Of a stretch of 64,000 nucleotides of DNA, positions 12,942 to 26,083 are shown one piece after another (position 1 is the first letter of the stretch; every line of letters starts with the position of its first letter). The position numbers and the translations under genes were made by a program. The notes beneath the pieces were generated by a model, which searched no databases, was not told the DNA's origin, and was given only the letters and a program-made list of their open reading frames with translations. The DNA is from Paramecium tetraurelia (lineage: Eukaryota), in contig CT868430.1 in assembly GCA_000165425.1 (NCBI GenBank), forward strand, positions 186,001-250,000, given 5' to 3'.

Positions 12942-13700
12942 ATGGTATTCTATGTCTCTCATAATAGTAAATTGCAGATGAACAATAAGATGTTTAACAT
13001 TCCATCCCAGACCTCGACAACGTGAACATCAAATTAGGAGACGACGAAAAGAAAGTTAATCAAATCTCATCCAACACTGTCTCTTAAGTCCAATAACCTC
13101 AATAGGTTGCCATCCAAATGCAGCCACTCCCCCAAAAAGCAGCAGATCCTTCCTTTCTTTCATAATTGTTTCATTGTTTATTTAAGGGTCTTGCCATTTT
13201 TGTGTAAAACAAGCATTATAAATAGATTTTTCATTCCAGAAGGCTTACTAAATCTCACATACTGTTTTATCGTCGTAGTGATTTTATCAGCAATTGATTT
13301 TTGGACCGTCAAGAACATCACCGGAAGGTAGTAATAGACAGTATCATAGAAAACTTGTTGGTTTGAGATGGTGGTCAGAAGTAAAGGAAGATGGATCTGA
13401 GGAATGGATATATGAATCTCAAGTGGCTAATTTTATCCCTAATCCATTCAATTCAAATGTCTTTTGGTTTGCATAATTTGGTGTTGTATTGACTTGGGGA
13501 ATCTTAATCTTGTTGGATTTAATTGGTTTAAGATGGTTTAATGTAAGCATTTGCATCTACAATAGGCTGTCTTAGCAATGACTGCCTTTTGCTTGACAGG
13601 AATTAATTTCGTGGGATTCTATAAATGTAGAGGAGAACATCAAAAGAAAGCCAAAGAATACATGACTAAAATTGGGTTGAAGGCAATATAGTAATGGTGA
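12942..13700 (+). CDS. TVP23: Golgi membrane protein TVP23/FAM18
   Basis: LFHCLFK, DFWTVKNITGRKLVGLRWW, EEWIYES. Four introns give 223 codons; the first coding exon is just ATG. Confidence 0.9.
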
Positions 13701-13728
13701 AATTGTTATTATAATAACTGAATACTTA

Positions 13729-15393
13729 TCATTCAGGAATTGATATTTCAGTCTTTTTCACTTGTATACCCAACGAAGAATCATTGGCGATCCTTTTTAG
13801 TACTTTCTTATTCTATAGTAATTCTTGCTCTCCCATTTTCTCAAAAGGATTTAATTTACTTTTGAGAGGTGAACCATTCTATCCATATAGAATTTATTTC
13901 TTCAATTCTTCCGCATTCTTTTAGTACATCAATCTTATATTCTATTATCATAACATTCAATACATTTCTCCGCTCTTATTCTTATTTTTATACATCCCTT
14001 TACTCTTGTAATTCGGTTTCAAAGATGATTCTCTTTTCTGATTCTTGTTGTGTGTATCTTCTTTTTTTCTCTTATACCTATTTCTCTAATTCACTCAACA
14101 ATTAAAACTACTTTTCCCTTTTGCTTAATTTGTTACTGAAATTTAATAAATTACATACTCATTTTTATTATTTGGCCAGTAATCATCCAAAGTCTCATTT
14201 AATTCCTAATTATTCCTCTTATATCTTATTGCTTATTAACTATAATTGTTAATGTTGAAATTCATTTATTCTTATTTTTCTCTTCTCTTTCTTTAATTCT
14301 ACATTTCATCCTTTAGAATAAACATCTCTTATTAATATCGCTCTTGTTGTTTGCTTTTAATTACCTCCTCTTTAGCCTAAAAATATGAATACTTTTACTT
14401 TAATTCTTAAATTTTCATTTTATTTCAATATTTCTTATAGTTTTTCAAATTGTTCCATCTTCTTTCGTTTATTTAACTAATCCTCTGCCTTAATCTCCTC
14501 TTTTACTCTTATAAGCATTTCCTCTTCCTACTATTTTACATAAACATTTTATTCTTTCCTACTTCAAATGTAATATTTACTTTTGTTTTTTATGAAAATA
14601 CACTTATTGATCTCTTATCAGCTTCTCTTACATTTCCTCAAATCTCCTTGACTTATTTCTCTACTCTTATAATCTTTCAAAATCCTTTAACTATTATTGA
14701 CTTATTGTATAATATAATATTTCGTCTTATTTATCCTTTTACTTTACTTTTTCTTTTTCCGCTATCTACTTATCTAAATCCTCCTTAATCTTTTATTTAT
14801 GAATGATCTTTTTCTTTTTCTCTTGCTCTACTTCCTTCTAAAATTACAAAGTGTTATATTTTATTATAGCTCCCCATTCATCTAATGATCCATCGACTTT
14901 ATATATAGATTTTCTCTTTTCATCATTAATGATAGAATCAGTCTTTAATTTTGCTTATTATTATTTTTATTCAGACAATTAATTAGTATGGTGTCTTTTT
15001 TCCTAATTATTGTTTTCTTATTTAGATATTAGAGTGTTCTTCATCTGATGTTCTTATTGTTCTTCTAAATATATATGCTCAAAATAATACTTCTGATTCT
15101 TTAATTCAATTTCTAAATCAACATAATTTTTTCTTCTTTTGGTTTGAGGACAGCTTTCTTCACTTCCTCCCTGAGGATTCTTATAGCATTTATTGAATTG
15201 TATTATATAAAAAAGTCAGTCGTATATGCTGTAATTACCTATAATTCATTTGTAACTATACATTTGTATTTACTTAATCATTTTGAGCATATTCCCCAAT
15301 CAAGTTATCAAGTATTAATTGTTTTAATCTTTCTTAATTTTAATTGTTCTCTCCAACCATATGCATTGTCCTGCCAAACTTTTTTGGAAGCAT
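13729..15393 (-). CDS. Coiled-coil (trichohyalin-like) protein with DEWGAI motif
   Basis: Frame from MLPKKFGRTM with short introns; LDEWGAIIKYN followed by E/K/Q-rich coiled coil; TGA at 13729-13731. Confidence 0.7.
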
Positions 15394-15454
15394 AATAAAA
15401 ATTAATAGTTGAATAGTTGTACTAACTATATAATATTTTTTAATTTTATCTAAA

Positions 15455-16482
15455 TCATATTTGTCTAAGTGGATTCCATATTAAATTAAACACAATTATT
15501 ACAATAATGTCAGTTGGTATATCTAAAAAATCATGTATTAATCAAATATATTATGTATTTTTATCCTTTTTTCTCTAAGGATTAAAAGAGATTTTAAAGA
15601 TATTCATATATATATTAATACATATAACAGTAATCATTTGAAATGTGTAGAAATCAATTAAATTCTATGTCAATTAGGATAGTAATAATCTATAAATTCC
15701 ATTAATATAAAAAAATGAGCTTATGATTCTAATTATTAATCCCATGTATTTCTTAATATTGATAAGTAGGACAATTTATGGTCGAATTATCTAATGTAGC
15801 TTTTTCTTTATAAAAATAACTATCATTTAAAATAACATAATAAGGCCTTTGAGATAGTGTTAAATTATTCCTTATTAATACTCATAAATCTATTTCTAAG
15901 CATCTATAGTCGTATTATATAACATTCTGTTTTATCTTCGTTTAAGCATTGATAAATAATAAAGGATTATTTTTTATATTTAACTAAAGATTGCCGATTG
16001 TTAGCTTGCTACAATTTATAGATTCAGTTAGTGATATTTCATTTATTGAAAAATATAATGTACATAAGTGTTGAAAATTTAGTTAACCTTCATTAAAAGT
16101 AAAAAATTAATAATAAATATCTAATTTCTGGTAATCTTTATGAGATCGCAATTAAATTAGAATTGTTGAAATATAATTTGATTACTCTAAATATTAAACT
16201 TGATCTAAATCAAAGTTAATTTTATCCTTGGTTCTTCTGTTGTTATCATATTATAATATATCAATCTTATTGCTTTCTTTTATGGAAGGTTTTTCTCTTC
16301 AATTTTTTATTTTATGTATTCATATTCCATTATTCATTTCATAATTCTACTTTAGAATTATTATTCATTATTGTTTTAGGAATCATGCTTACTTCCTTCA
16401 TAAGTGTTTTAATAACTCTAGTGATCTTCTGGAACTATAAATACTAGTCTTCAATTTATTAATATAAGTAATTAATGTTCAT
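15455..16482 (-). pseudogene. Possible degraded or very divergent gene
   Basis: ATG at 16482 and coding-like stretches, but I could not build a TGA-free spliced model. Confidence 0.3.
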
Positions 16483-16502
16483 ATATAATTATATAAATTA
16501 AA

Positions 16503-17109
16503 TCAAAACCTGAAACCCAAATCCTAAAGTTTTGATGAGAATGCCTATATTTTATTATCTTTAAGCTTAACTAATTGTTGAAGTTTGTTTATTTTTAGTT
16601 CTAGAATGGCTATGATATCTTATTAATCTGCTATTTTTTATTCCAAATCCTGTATTGTGGATTGGTTGTTATTTATAGAAATGTTGGTGGCCGATGATTT
16701 CTACGGTTCAACAGTTTCTATATCCTAATAGTTCAGAATCTTAGGTTTCAAAATCTTTAAAACGCGTTCAATGGCTCCATTTTATGCAGAGATAAGCTGT
16801 TCAATATCATTTTATGTCAATTATAAGCCAAGATTCTAGAAAACCTTCCTAAATGGAATCAGAGGTTATTACTTTTGTATTAAGAGTGTTCCAATTTGAT
16901 AATTTAGATTAATATGAAGTAGCTTCGCTATAATTCTATAATTCGACTTATTTAGGTAGAAAGTGATGAACGACTTCTGCCATCAGAACTCCGTCTGCAA
17001 AATCTTTGCCAATCTTGGTTTTCGATCTGGAAAGTGGAACACTATCGACCCAAGTGTAGAGTTCATGCAACTCGTCTTCAATCTATGAGGGATTATCCTT
17101 ATTTATCAT
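16503..17109 (-). CDS. SPEF1: SPEF1/CLAMP-like calponin-homology protein
   Basis: LYTWVDSVPLSRSKTKIGKDFADGVLMAEVV...NWNTLNTKVF CH domain plus C-terminal coiled coil. One 28-nt intron gives 193 codons. Confidence 0.88.
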
Positions 17110-17129
17110 TTGTTATTAATTTTAATATA

Positions 17130-17591
17130 ATGAATCAAGATAAAACAGTTGAAGAGCCTTTGCTTAGTTAAGCCAAGATGAATGAATATAAAGAGAGAGA
17201 ATTCAGGGAATACTTGGTCAATTAGGATGTCACTCTTGCAATTGTTAAATGTAGGTTTTATTCTAATTGTCCTTCTAGTTCTTCTGGCTTTGAGGAATGC
17301 TCCAAATAAGCCTGATTCTCCCAGTCAAGCACTTATTGATTATTTCAGCATACACAAGGACACAAGGGCTCATGAGGACTTCGAAAAATTGAGAAGCGAT
17401 GTCGAGTAATTAGAACAAGGTTAGCGATTCTTTATAACTGTATAGAGAATAATGAATTAGCGAAAGAAATTAATTAGATCAAGGAACAGATTGTTTAATA
17501 GAAATTGGAGAAGCAACGAAAGGAGGAGGAGGAACGATTGCGTTTGGAAGAGGAGGCAAAAAAGAATACAAAGAAACCTGCAAAGAAATGA
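17130..17591 (+). CDS. MYCBP/AMY-1 (FAP174)-like protein
   Basis: KEREFREYLVNQDVTLAIVKFLLALRNAPNKPDSPSQALIDYF followed by a coiled coil, resembling the MYCBP RIIa-like dimerisation domain. Two introns, 136 codons. Confidence 0.72.
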
Positions 17592-17639
17592 TTTATACAT
17601 TATTCTTATTTATATTTATATAATTTTGAATTCAAATTA

Positions 17640-18554
17640 ATGAACGAGTTGAAAGGAGCTAGAGTTTTTGGGAAAAATCTTGAAAATCAAGCAGACAAAG
17701 CATCCAAGATTCTCAAAGGCAAAAAAGATGTGATAGTTGATGAAATGGGAGGGAAGGAAAATCTAATAAATGATGCAATTTGGACGAAGGAGGGTTTCAA
17801 TAAATCAGGCTCTCCTTAGCTTGTTAGTTTGTATTAACAAGAAATATACGAATTTTTATATGAAAAAGAAAAAAATATGGGAGAACCAAATTTTTAAATG
17901 GGATCCACTAAAATCAATGATACTGTCAGAGCTACAACTGTATATTATTATTTTGAATATAGGTTAGGTACATAGTAAAACTTGTTCGATGTTTTAATTT
18001 AAAGCCTGAAACACTCTTTTAGACTGTTGATTTGATGGATCAAACGATCTCACTGCTCAATCCTGAAATCGCAGAATTGGAGCTTATTTCAATAACCTGT
18101 CTTTTCATTGCATCGAAATATGAAGAAATCTACCCTCCTCCCTTGCCAGCTTTACTAAGAGCCACGGATATCAAAGCCAAAGATGTTATTGAGATGGAAA
18201 AGGAAATACTTAATAGATTAAATTTCAATGTCATCAGTGATAACACTTTGGTGTGGATACAGTTGATTGGAGAGATGCTAGGTTACAATTGTAAATATTC
18301 TGATTAAATAAAGCAAAGATGTATGTAAGTTTAATTCTCATTTTATTAGGAATTTAGCTGAGACTAGCTTAACTTCTTCATTGTTTTTGAATCACAAAAA
18401 ATCAGCTATTGCTTTGAACATTTACATGGCTGTGGAAATCAATTTGGGTTGTCAAAAAACATAATTTAAATGGGAAAGACTAACCTAGCATTAGAAACCA
18501 AGCAATGAATCGAAAACACTTAAATTGCTGACTTATATTTTGAAAATCAAATGA
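17640..18554 (+). CDS. Cyclin (A/B-like cyclin box)
   Basis: FNLKPETLFQTVDLMD, ELISITCLFIASKYEEIYPP, MEKEILNRLNF. Two introns, 289 codons. Confidence 0.92.
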
Positions 18555-18597
18555 ATTATACTTGAATGAACTCTTAATCAATCAAATCTTATATAAA

Positions 18598-20088
18598 TCA
18601 ATAATCATTGCTTTTTCTTCTTTTGAGTTTGCTTCACTGATTAAGTCTTATTGAGGAAGAATATATAAAATATGGATAGCACGAAGCTAATGAAATAATA
18701 ATTGAAAAGAATGAATTCTATGAACGTGTAAATAAATGACTTTGTGAAAATCCCATATTTAGTAATCCTTTTCATGATTATTTTTGATGGATCCAAATTA
18801 GCTATCAATATTGATTAATGCTTACCATCTTCAACTGGATCATCCTTCTCCTCAAATAAAAAGTCCATCATTATAATATTGTCCTTAACACAATACATCT
18901 CTTTCTGTTCATAATTAGCAGGCAAATAATTGTACCTAATATGAGTCTCAGGTATCTGGGAGTTCTTCAATAACAAGATCATGAATAATAAAATAGGAAT
19001 AGCTATTTTTGATAGTAGTTGATAAGCCACAATAACAAACCCTCTTAGCAATCCTTCCACTCTTTTCTTCACATACTCCTATTATTCTGGTTAATCTTTG
19101 AGTATCATAATCCAATCGCATCCCTTAGCCATGTGTTTGTCCATCTCCAATGTGTATGTCAGGATTTGTAATATGGCAATTACAATGATGGCCAAAAATT
19201 GAAAATGAAAGACATAATCCAAATTTTGAATTAAAGGTTTAATGTACAAAGCTATATAGATGATGTGTGCTATCAATTATCCAGCTATCAAATAAAAGAA
19301 TTTTTATTATGATTTATCTGTTGATATGCTATTCTTCAATTCTGTGAAACAATTTCCAAATCTGATTAAAATTGGCAGGATACAAAATATTATGATCGAA
19401 ACCATCAGAGCCAACACAATTACGAATAAGTCTCCGAATTATCCCATAAATGACCAGACTCCTGGTTAAATAAAAGTTCTAAGTACAATCTCAAGATGAA
19501 CAGCCTATCTTTAAAATTCGTGTCTCATGTTTATGTTTAAGAAATCTTTGAATCCCAAATTTATAAAGATTGTAATAACAATTGAGATAATACAAATTAC
19601 AATGGACATCTTGGTTTGTTAGGAATCATAACCTCCGATAGTGGCAGCTTTGTATATATTCCCTATGCATATTAAATACGATTACTTATTATCATCAAGA
19701 CAATGATGCCATCAAAATAAAAGAGCATTCCACTGTCAATTACATAATATCCCAAAGCTGAACCAATCATTTTCAACATCTCCACTATAACAAATTGTGC
19801 AAATAGCATATAGATAAACAACATCGTAATTTCCATGTCATTAGCAAAGGGCACTTATTAAAAGTGTTAGGCTTGGCTTGGCGTTGTTTTAATTTGAACC
19901 AAAGTCTTACTTTTCTTATCTTTGCTTTCTTTAAGATCTTCGCCATCAGGAGGTAAAAATATAGTGACACCTTGGCAAGGAAACAACAAATTTGGCAATT
20001 TCTTCTTTAACTTGAATATTCCAAAAGCCAAAGCACAAAACACCACAATTTCAACTGGAAAGAGAAGCAAATCCAATTATTCACTCAT
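18598..20088 (-). CDS. Multi-pass membrane protein, TMEM161-like
   Basis: Intronless 497-codon frame with many hydrophobic helices; N-terminal IFLPPDGEDLK and overall topology resemble TMEM161. Confidence 0.65.
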
Positions 20089-20111
20089 TCAAGTAAATTA
20101 AAATTAAAACA

Positions 20112-21759
20112 ATGAATGAGGTAAAATCTACTCACTATGATTCTAGAGTTTAGTTTTAACCAAATTGTTAAATACCAATCCAAAATAAGACAGCAATCTC
20201 CAAGCCATCCTCATGAAGCTATAAGAACTCAAATTCTTTAACTATTTTATCGAAAGATTTCTGAAAGGCACCCAAAAAGAGACTCTACTCAATGTATCTC
20301 TTTATTATTAATAATGCTAAGTTATGTGGCAGATTCAAAATGGAGCATCACAAAGGAGCGTCATTGTTATTTTAAGAAGGGGATAAATCAAATGATAAAC
20401 TTTATATTATATTCAGAGGTTCTGTTGGTCTATTTAGAGCAAAGAAATTTGATACCTTCCAACAACAGACACCTCAACACGTCTAACCGGCTTAACCAAT
20501 GCAACAACTTCTAGAGAAAGTTTCCAGCAATCTCAAAGAACTTAATAAACAACCAATTTCAAAACCTAACTTTATGAAGAGTTTAGCAAATTCAAAAAGA
20601 TTCGCCAATAAATTAATGAGCACTTTGACACAATACACGACCAAAGAGGATCAATTAATATCTTAATAGGAAATGTCCCTTTTAAATGAAAAATACGGAG
20701 ATACTGTTCGAATTTTAGGTTAAGGGGATGGTTTTGGAGAAGTGGCAATAATTGAAGGCACTCCAAGAGGACTCACAGCTTGTGCAGTATCTCAAGATTG
20801 TTTTTTATTAATCTTGAAAAAAGAAGATTTCGATATTGTTAAGCAATAATTTGTTTAATCTATTAAAGAGAAAAAGAATCTGATCTACACTAAATTTGAA
20901 GTTAAAGATGCCTATTCTACTGCTCTATCTAATTCATTAGCTTATAGTTTTGATGTATCTAAATTAGTATATGTAGGTTGAATCATTCTAACACAATGCA
21001 ATTTTGGCTGTTGAAGGAATGTAATAGAAGGTATTTTATTTGATTGCTTCTGGTGATATTTTATTAGAAAAATATATTGGGAATAAAAATATTAAGATAT
21101 GTATTTTGACTAAAGGATAGTTTGTTGCTGAAGAGATTGTTGTGAATCAAGATAGTGTGTGTGAATACAGTGCTAGAGTGATATCAAATCATGCCACTCT
21201 TATGATTATGAATAAAAATGAATTCTTCCAAAAATTCCCAGAAGAATGCAAATAATAAATAAAAAAAGAGTATCAGAGAAAAAAACTATTCCGTATTTCA
21301 TTTCCTGAAGAGACACTAGATAAAATTGCAGATATCTAAAGTCCCAAAACTTCTCCAAAGTAGACCATCAAAATCAAGGTCAACCCTTTGTCAGTTAGAA
21401 GTCAATAATCATCTTATAGAAATTCATCTTGTTAATTGGACATCAAGGATATATTAGATAAAAAGAAATCCATTTATTGCTAGAAGTATTAGGATAACCA
21501 AAAGAAATGTGAAGATATTATTTTGTTTACAGAAATGTGTTACTCTCCAAAGATTTGCCATACTCCAAGCTACAAGAAACTAAATAATGTATTATAGAAG
21601 TCATTTCATCAACATTAATTAAAAAAGATAATGCGGAAGAAATTCAAATACAATTCAAGCGCTGACATACCTATTTCATAGTTATCCTTATATGAAAGAA
21701 ATTCTAAATATTAACAAACCCCTTCTACTAATCTAGCTAGCTAAGAATTAGAGCAATGA
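20112..21759 (+). CDS. Cyclic nucleotide-binding domain protein
   Basis: LFQEGDKSNDKLYIIFRGSV and LGQGDGFGEVAIIEGTPRGLTACA, plus a second degenerate CNB domain (IYLIASGDI, GQFVAEE). Confidence 0.85.
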
Positions 21760-21815
21760 ATCTTTCAATTTAAATTTATATATCTTATATATATCTATAT
21801 ATATATAATGTTATT

Positions 21816-22724
21816 TCATTGTTGTTGTTATGCCTATTGTTGGGTTGCCTAAGATCTTGGTTATTATGATGGCACTTGTTATGGCTAATGGGATTATTAT
21901 TATTATGGTTATGATGTTCTAGCCACAGGAGCTGCAGCATATTAAGGTTATACAAATTAAGGAACAACTCTAGATGCAATCAATGGTTATTAAGCATATT
22001 AGACTGGTTGTTGAACATATTAGACTGGTTGTTAAGCATATTAGACTGGTTGTTAAACATATTAGACTGGTTGTTGAACATATTGAACTGATTATTGGAT
22101 GACTGGCTATTGGACAACTGAAACAGCCTATTAAACATATTGAGTTGGCTATTAATGAACTACTTATCTTTCAACTGGATAGTATTCCACTCTCTCTTGA
22201 TATCTATCAACTGGGACGTACTCTGAATTATATTTACTTTTTTAATACCTGTGTATTTTTCTTAGAATACTTAAGGAATATATTCTGTTTAATATTCAAC
22301 AGCATAGTAATCTGTGACTTTTGTTTCTCTTGGAACATAAGACACAATTTCTTATTCCTCATATTCAACAACAGCTTTTTGATATGGAATATATTCAATT
22401 CTTGATTCACCTTTTATGGTTTGGTGCTAAAATTTAATTCAAATTTACTTGAGCTACTGGGGCAACTGCTACCGGCTATACTTGGACAGGTGCTAATTGT
22501 TAAACAGGAACAGAAGCTATAGGTGCAACAGGCACTTAGGCCACTGGTGCATATTGAATAGGAGCAACTGGAGCTACATAAGATTATCTAATTGGAGAGG
22601 CTGGATAATAAGTAGGGGGTAAATAAGCATTCGGATAAACTGGGGCAGCAGGTCTCTATTAAGCTTAAGGAACTGGAGCTGGAGCTTATTGTGGTTATTA
22701 TGCAGCTTGTGGATGATTAGACAT
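21816..22724 (-). CDS. Epiplasmin (Paramecium cortical cytoskeleton protein)
   Basis: P/V/A/Q/Y-rich flanks around the core IKGESRIEYIPYQKAVVEYEE...TDYYAVEYQTEYIPQV...VEYYPVERQVV. Two introns. Confidence 0.93.
21990..22085 (-). repeat. 21-bp coding tandem repeat (QQPVQY[V/A]) in epiplasmin
   Basis: About four copies of catattagactggttgtt(a/g)a on the + strand. Confidence 0.8.
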
Positions 22725-23027
22725 TATTTTTTATTTGATAAATTCAAAAATAATATTAAAACTGATCCCCATTTATTTAAAATTATGCCTCAGCATAATG
22801 CATATTAATATATAATAATACTTCATTAATTTATTCTTTCATTATTTAATATTATACCCATTAATTTTATATCTCCATTCCCATTTGAAAATCCATGAAT
22901 CCACAAATACATATATTACAGAACAATATAAATCCTGCTTTTATTCCTTTACTCAATGCTTATAATTAATATTTTTATTGTATAATTAATTAACAGATAA
23001 TTTTATATTAATTAAATTATTATCCTA

Positions 23028-24092
23028 TCAAGGATATTATATTTAATAAACTTTCAACTACTTAGTGACATCGTTCCAAATCACCAAATATTTTCCGTCT
23101 CTAGATAAAGTTCCATAATTATCACCAGTTTAGCAATCAATTGGTTCTCCTATTATACTAAACTGCTCATTTGAACCTAATTCAAAAAGAGAAACATATC
23201 TATTATGACGTACAATCATAACCTTTTTTTGGGTGTTAAATATTAAAGGAAACATGATATAAATATCCTGAGTATTTTGTGATTTAAGAGAGATCTTCAT
23301 TTAAGGCATTTGTATAAATTTTCCATCTTGTTATTTAAAAATATGTAGGTCACCTTTTTCATACTATGTCCAAGCTATAAGAGAATCAGCAAGAAATCCT
23401 ACTCTATGACCATGGTCTTTAATTGATTTTTCTATTTTAGTACTAAATTTCCAGTGTTAATTTTCATCCTTTCTTTCCCAAATAATTATATCTGTATCCA
23501 TACTACAAGAGACTAATTAGGTCTCACTCGAATTCAAACTGATTTGATAGACATAATGCTAATGTTAGTCTAGCGAATATAGAAACTGTATAGAATTCTC
23601 AGATGCATTTGCCTTCCAAACTTTTATTGAATGATCAGCTCCGCATGAGATTAGTTCATCCTCATTTTAATTCAAAATCAAGTTGTAAACGTAATTTCTA
23701 TGCATTTTGAATGGCTATGAGCATATCCAATTATTTGAGCTATTATCCTGTTCATGTTCTTTCCAACATAGAATTTATTAATCATTTCCTCCAGATATTA
23801 GCCAATTTTATTTGTTACTAAACACTAAACATCTTACTTGATTTGAATGTCCTTTCAGAATTATGTTCTAATCTATTAATTTTCCTACATCCACCTTCCA
23901 TATCTTAATATCTGATTTACATGCTGTAGCCAAAAGTGTTCCTTGCTTGTTAAATGCTAGAGCTGAACAATCATCCTTATATTCTATCTCAAACAATAAA
24001 TTATATGATATAGAACTTAAAGGCAATTGATTAATAATTAAAGGATCTTATTTTTGATTAGGATTTGATTTAGAGCATAATAGAGATCCCAT
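23028..24092 (-). CDS. WD40-repeat protein with N-terminal MG..C
   Basis: Intronless 355 codons. MGSLLCSK start; LKGHSNQVRCLVFS, LISGGNDQ, LISCGADHSIKVWK. Confidence 0.88.
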
Positions 24093-24367
24093 TGAAATTA
24101 AATTAATTATTAGATTTTATCCTATATGAATCAATAAAACAGTTTAATTTAATGAAAATATTTAATATCATAGATATATTAGTATCTTCTTTTGTAAGAT
24201 ACTATAGAAAACTTTTGAGAAGATAAACATCCAAATTACTTTTCTTACTTTGCTTACAAAATTAACTCATAGATCTAATACCTATAATTATGAAAGTCTA
24301 TTAAGAGATTATACTTCATCTTCTAAAATAGTATTTATTTTTTTTGTATTATTAAAAATATAAATTT

Positions 24368-26083
24368 ATGTCAAACTAATTGCAAAGCAATTAATAAACC
24401 TTTGATAGAGCAATCCAGTCCATTTCAAATTATTTAAATCAAAATGATCATGAAAATCAATAATAAGTAAATATCTATTAATGAATATTAAAGTCTCTGG
24501 CTGTGGCTGGTTAAATAAAGATTGATTGCAAATAATTGAGAGTCGTAACTTTAGCATTCAATCCATATTAAAATTCAGAGAATAATAATCAACTTGTTGT
24601 TGTATAAGAAAAAGGGGTTAATTTCTATAAAGTTACATTTAATCAAGGTTCTTAATAAAGCTACAATATTGAAGCTAATTTTAATTTTTAGGAACACTTA
24701 AATGATAATGACACAATCACAGCTATTCATTTTCCAATTACAAAGTAGGATAACTAACCATTCTTTATTGGAACTAAGAAAGGAAAATTGTTATGCGCAA
24801 TCTTGAATCCAAAAAAGAAACTTAAAAATCTTATATATCTTCATAGTGGTCAAATAAGTTGTATTTAATAAGTAGATGCATATGATAATAAATTAATTTT
24901 ATTAACAGGTGGTTATGACGGTCTAATTAAATAATTTGAAGTTATCATACATTACGATAAAGAAGTTAGAGGGAATGAAAATTAAGATGGATAATAACCA
25001 TAAAATCAATAGGCAAATTAAGATGGATAATAAATACAATAAAATCAATAGGCAAATTAAGATGGATAATAAATACAATTAAATCAATAGGCAAATTAAG
25101 ATGGATAATAAATACAATTAAATCAATAGGCAAATTAAGATGGATAATAAATACAATTAAATCAATAGGCAAATTAAGTAGGATAATAAATACAATTAAA
25201 TCAATAGGCAAATTAAGATGGATAACAAATACAATTAAATCAATAGGCAAATTAAGTAGGATAATAAATACCATAAAATCAATAGGCAAATTAAGTAGGA
25301 TAATAAATACCATAAAATTAATAGGCAAATTAAGATGGATAATAAATATCCAATTGCTATTGGATAGATTTCGATATCGAATATATGCCAGCAGATGATC
25401 AAGGGGCGTTAAAGCATGGCTCTAAGGAAGGGGTTTTTTGGCTATCCTTAAGTGATATAAAAAATGGTGAAAAAAGAAAATAGAGACTGATCTCTTCAGG
25501 TTATGAGAATAATTTTTACATTTGGGAAAGAAATATCAAAAGTTATGATTGGCAATTCATCCTCAAATATAAAAGAAATGCTTTTGGAACAAGAGTTTCC
25601 TATTATGGATCAGATTGTATAGTCTGGCAAATGTTCAAACAAAATTATGTGAATATTTTAATAAATCTTGATACATCGATATTAAATAATAATGAACTTG
25701 CATTGAACTTCAAGCCGGAAAATCTAAGAAAAGTTTAATTCGATGAGCAATATAATGATAACAAGCTAGAAAGACATGATAATGATAAATTTCCGTTGTT
25801 ATACAATAGAGAGAAGGACATAATGGCGATGAAATATGGAAATAGAATTCATTTTTTGATATGTAAATCCTAATTACCAAGCAAAGAAGGATCACAAAAC
25901 ATAGCTTAGCTCTTTTAAGCAAAGCGTGAATTAAGCTTTAATTATTATCAATAATACATTTAATGTAGTTTAGATTGTACAGAAGGAGCAATATCACCAG
26001 GAGGTGATATGTTAGCAGTCTACGATGGTTGCCAAAAAAAAGTGACAATTCATAGGTTATGGTTTCTTTAAAAAATCATATGA
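24368..26083 (+). CDS. Divergent WD40-repeat protein with internal Q/N-rich repeat
   Basis: HSGQISCIQ, LLTGGYDGLIK, LISSGYENNFYIWE, GAISPGGDMLAVYD. One 27-nt intron near the start. Confidence 0.75.
24979..25349 (+). repeat. 39-bp tandem minisatellite encoding NQQANQDGQQIQL, about 9.5 copies
   Basis: Core ggcaaattaag recurs nine times at 39-nt spacing; in frame within the WD40 gene. Confidence 0.95.

Noticed and set aside
16840..16875. Apparent frameshift in the SPEF1-like gene
   Set aside because: A 28-nt intron using the AAG acceptor restores the conserved LNTKVF frame.
24979..25349. CRISPR-like array, or the minus-strand hydrophobic ORF 24966-25328
   Set aside because: There are no unique spacers. 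It is a tandem repeat in frame with the + strand WD40 gene, and the minus ORF is its shadow.
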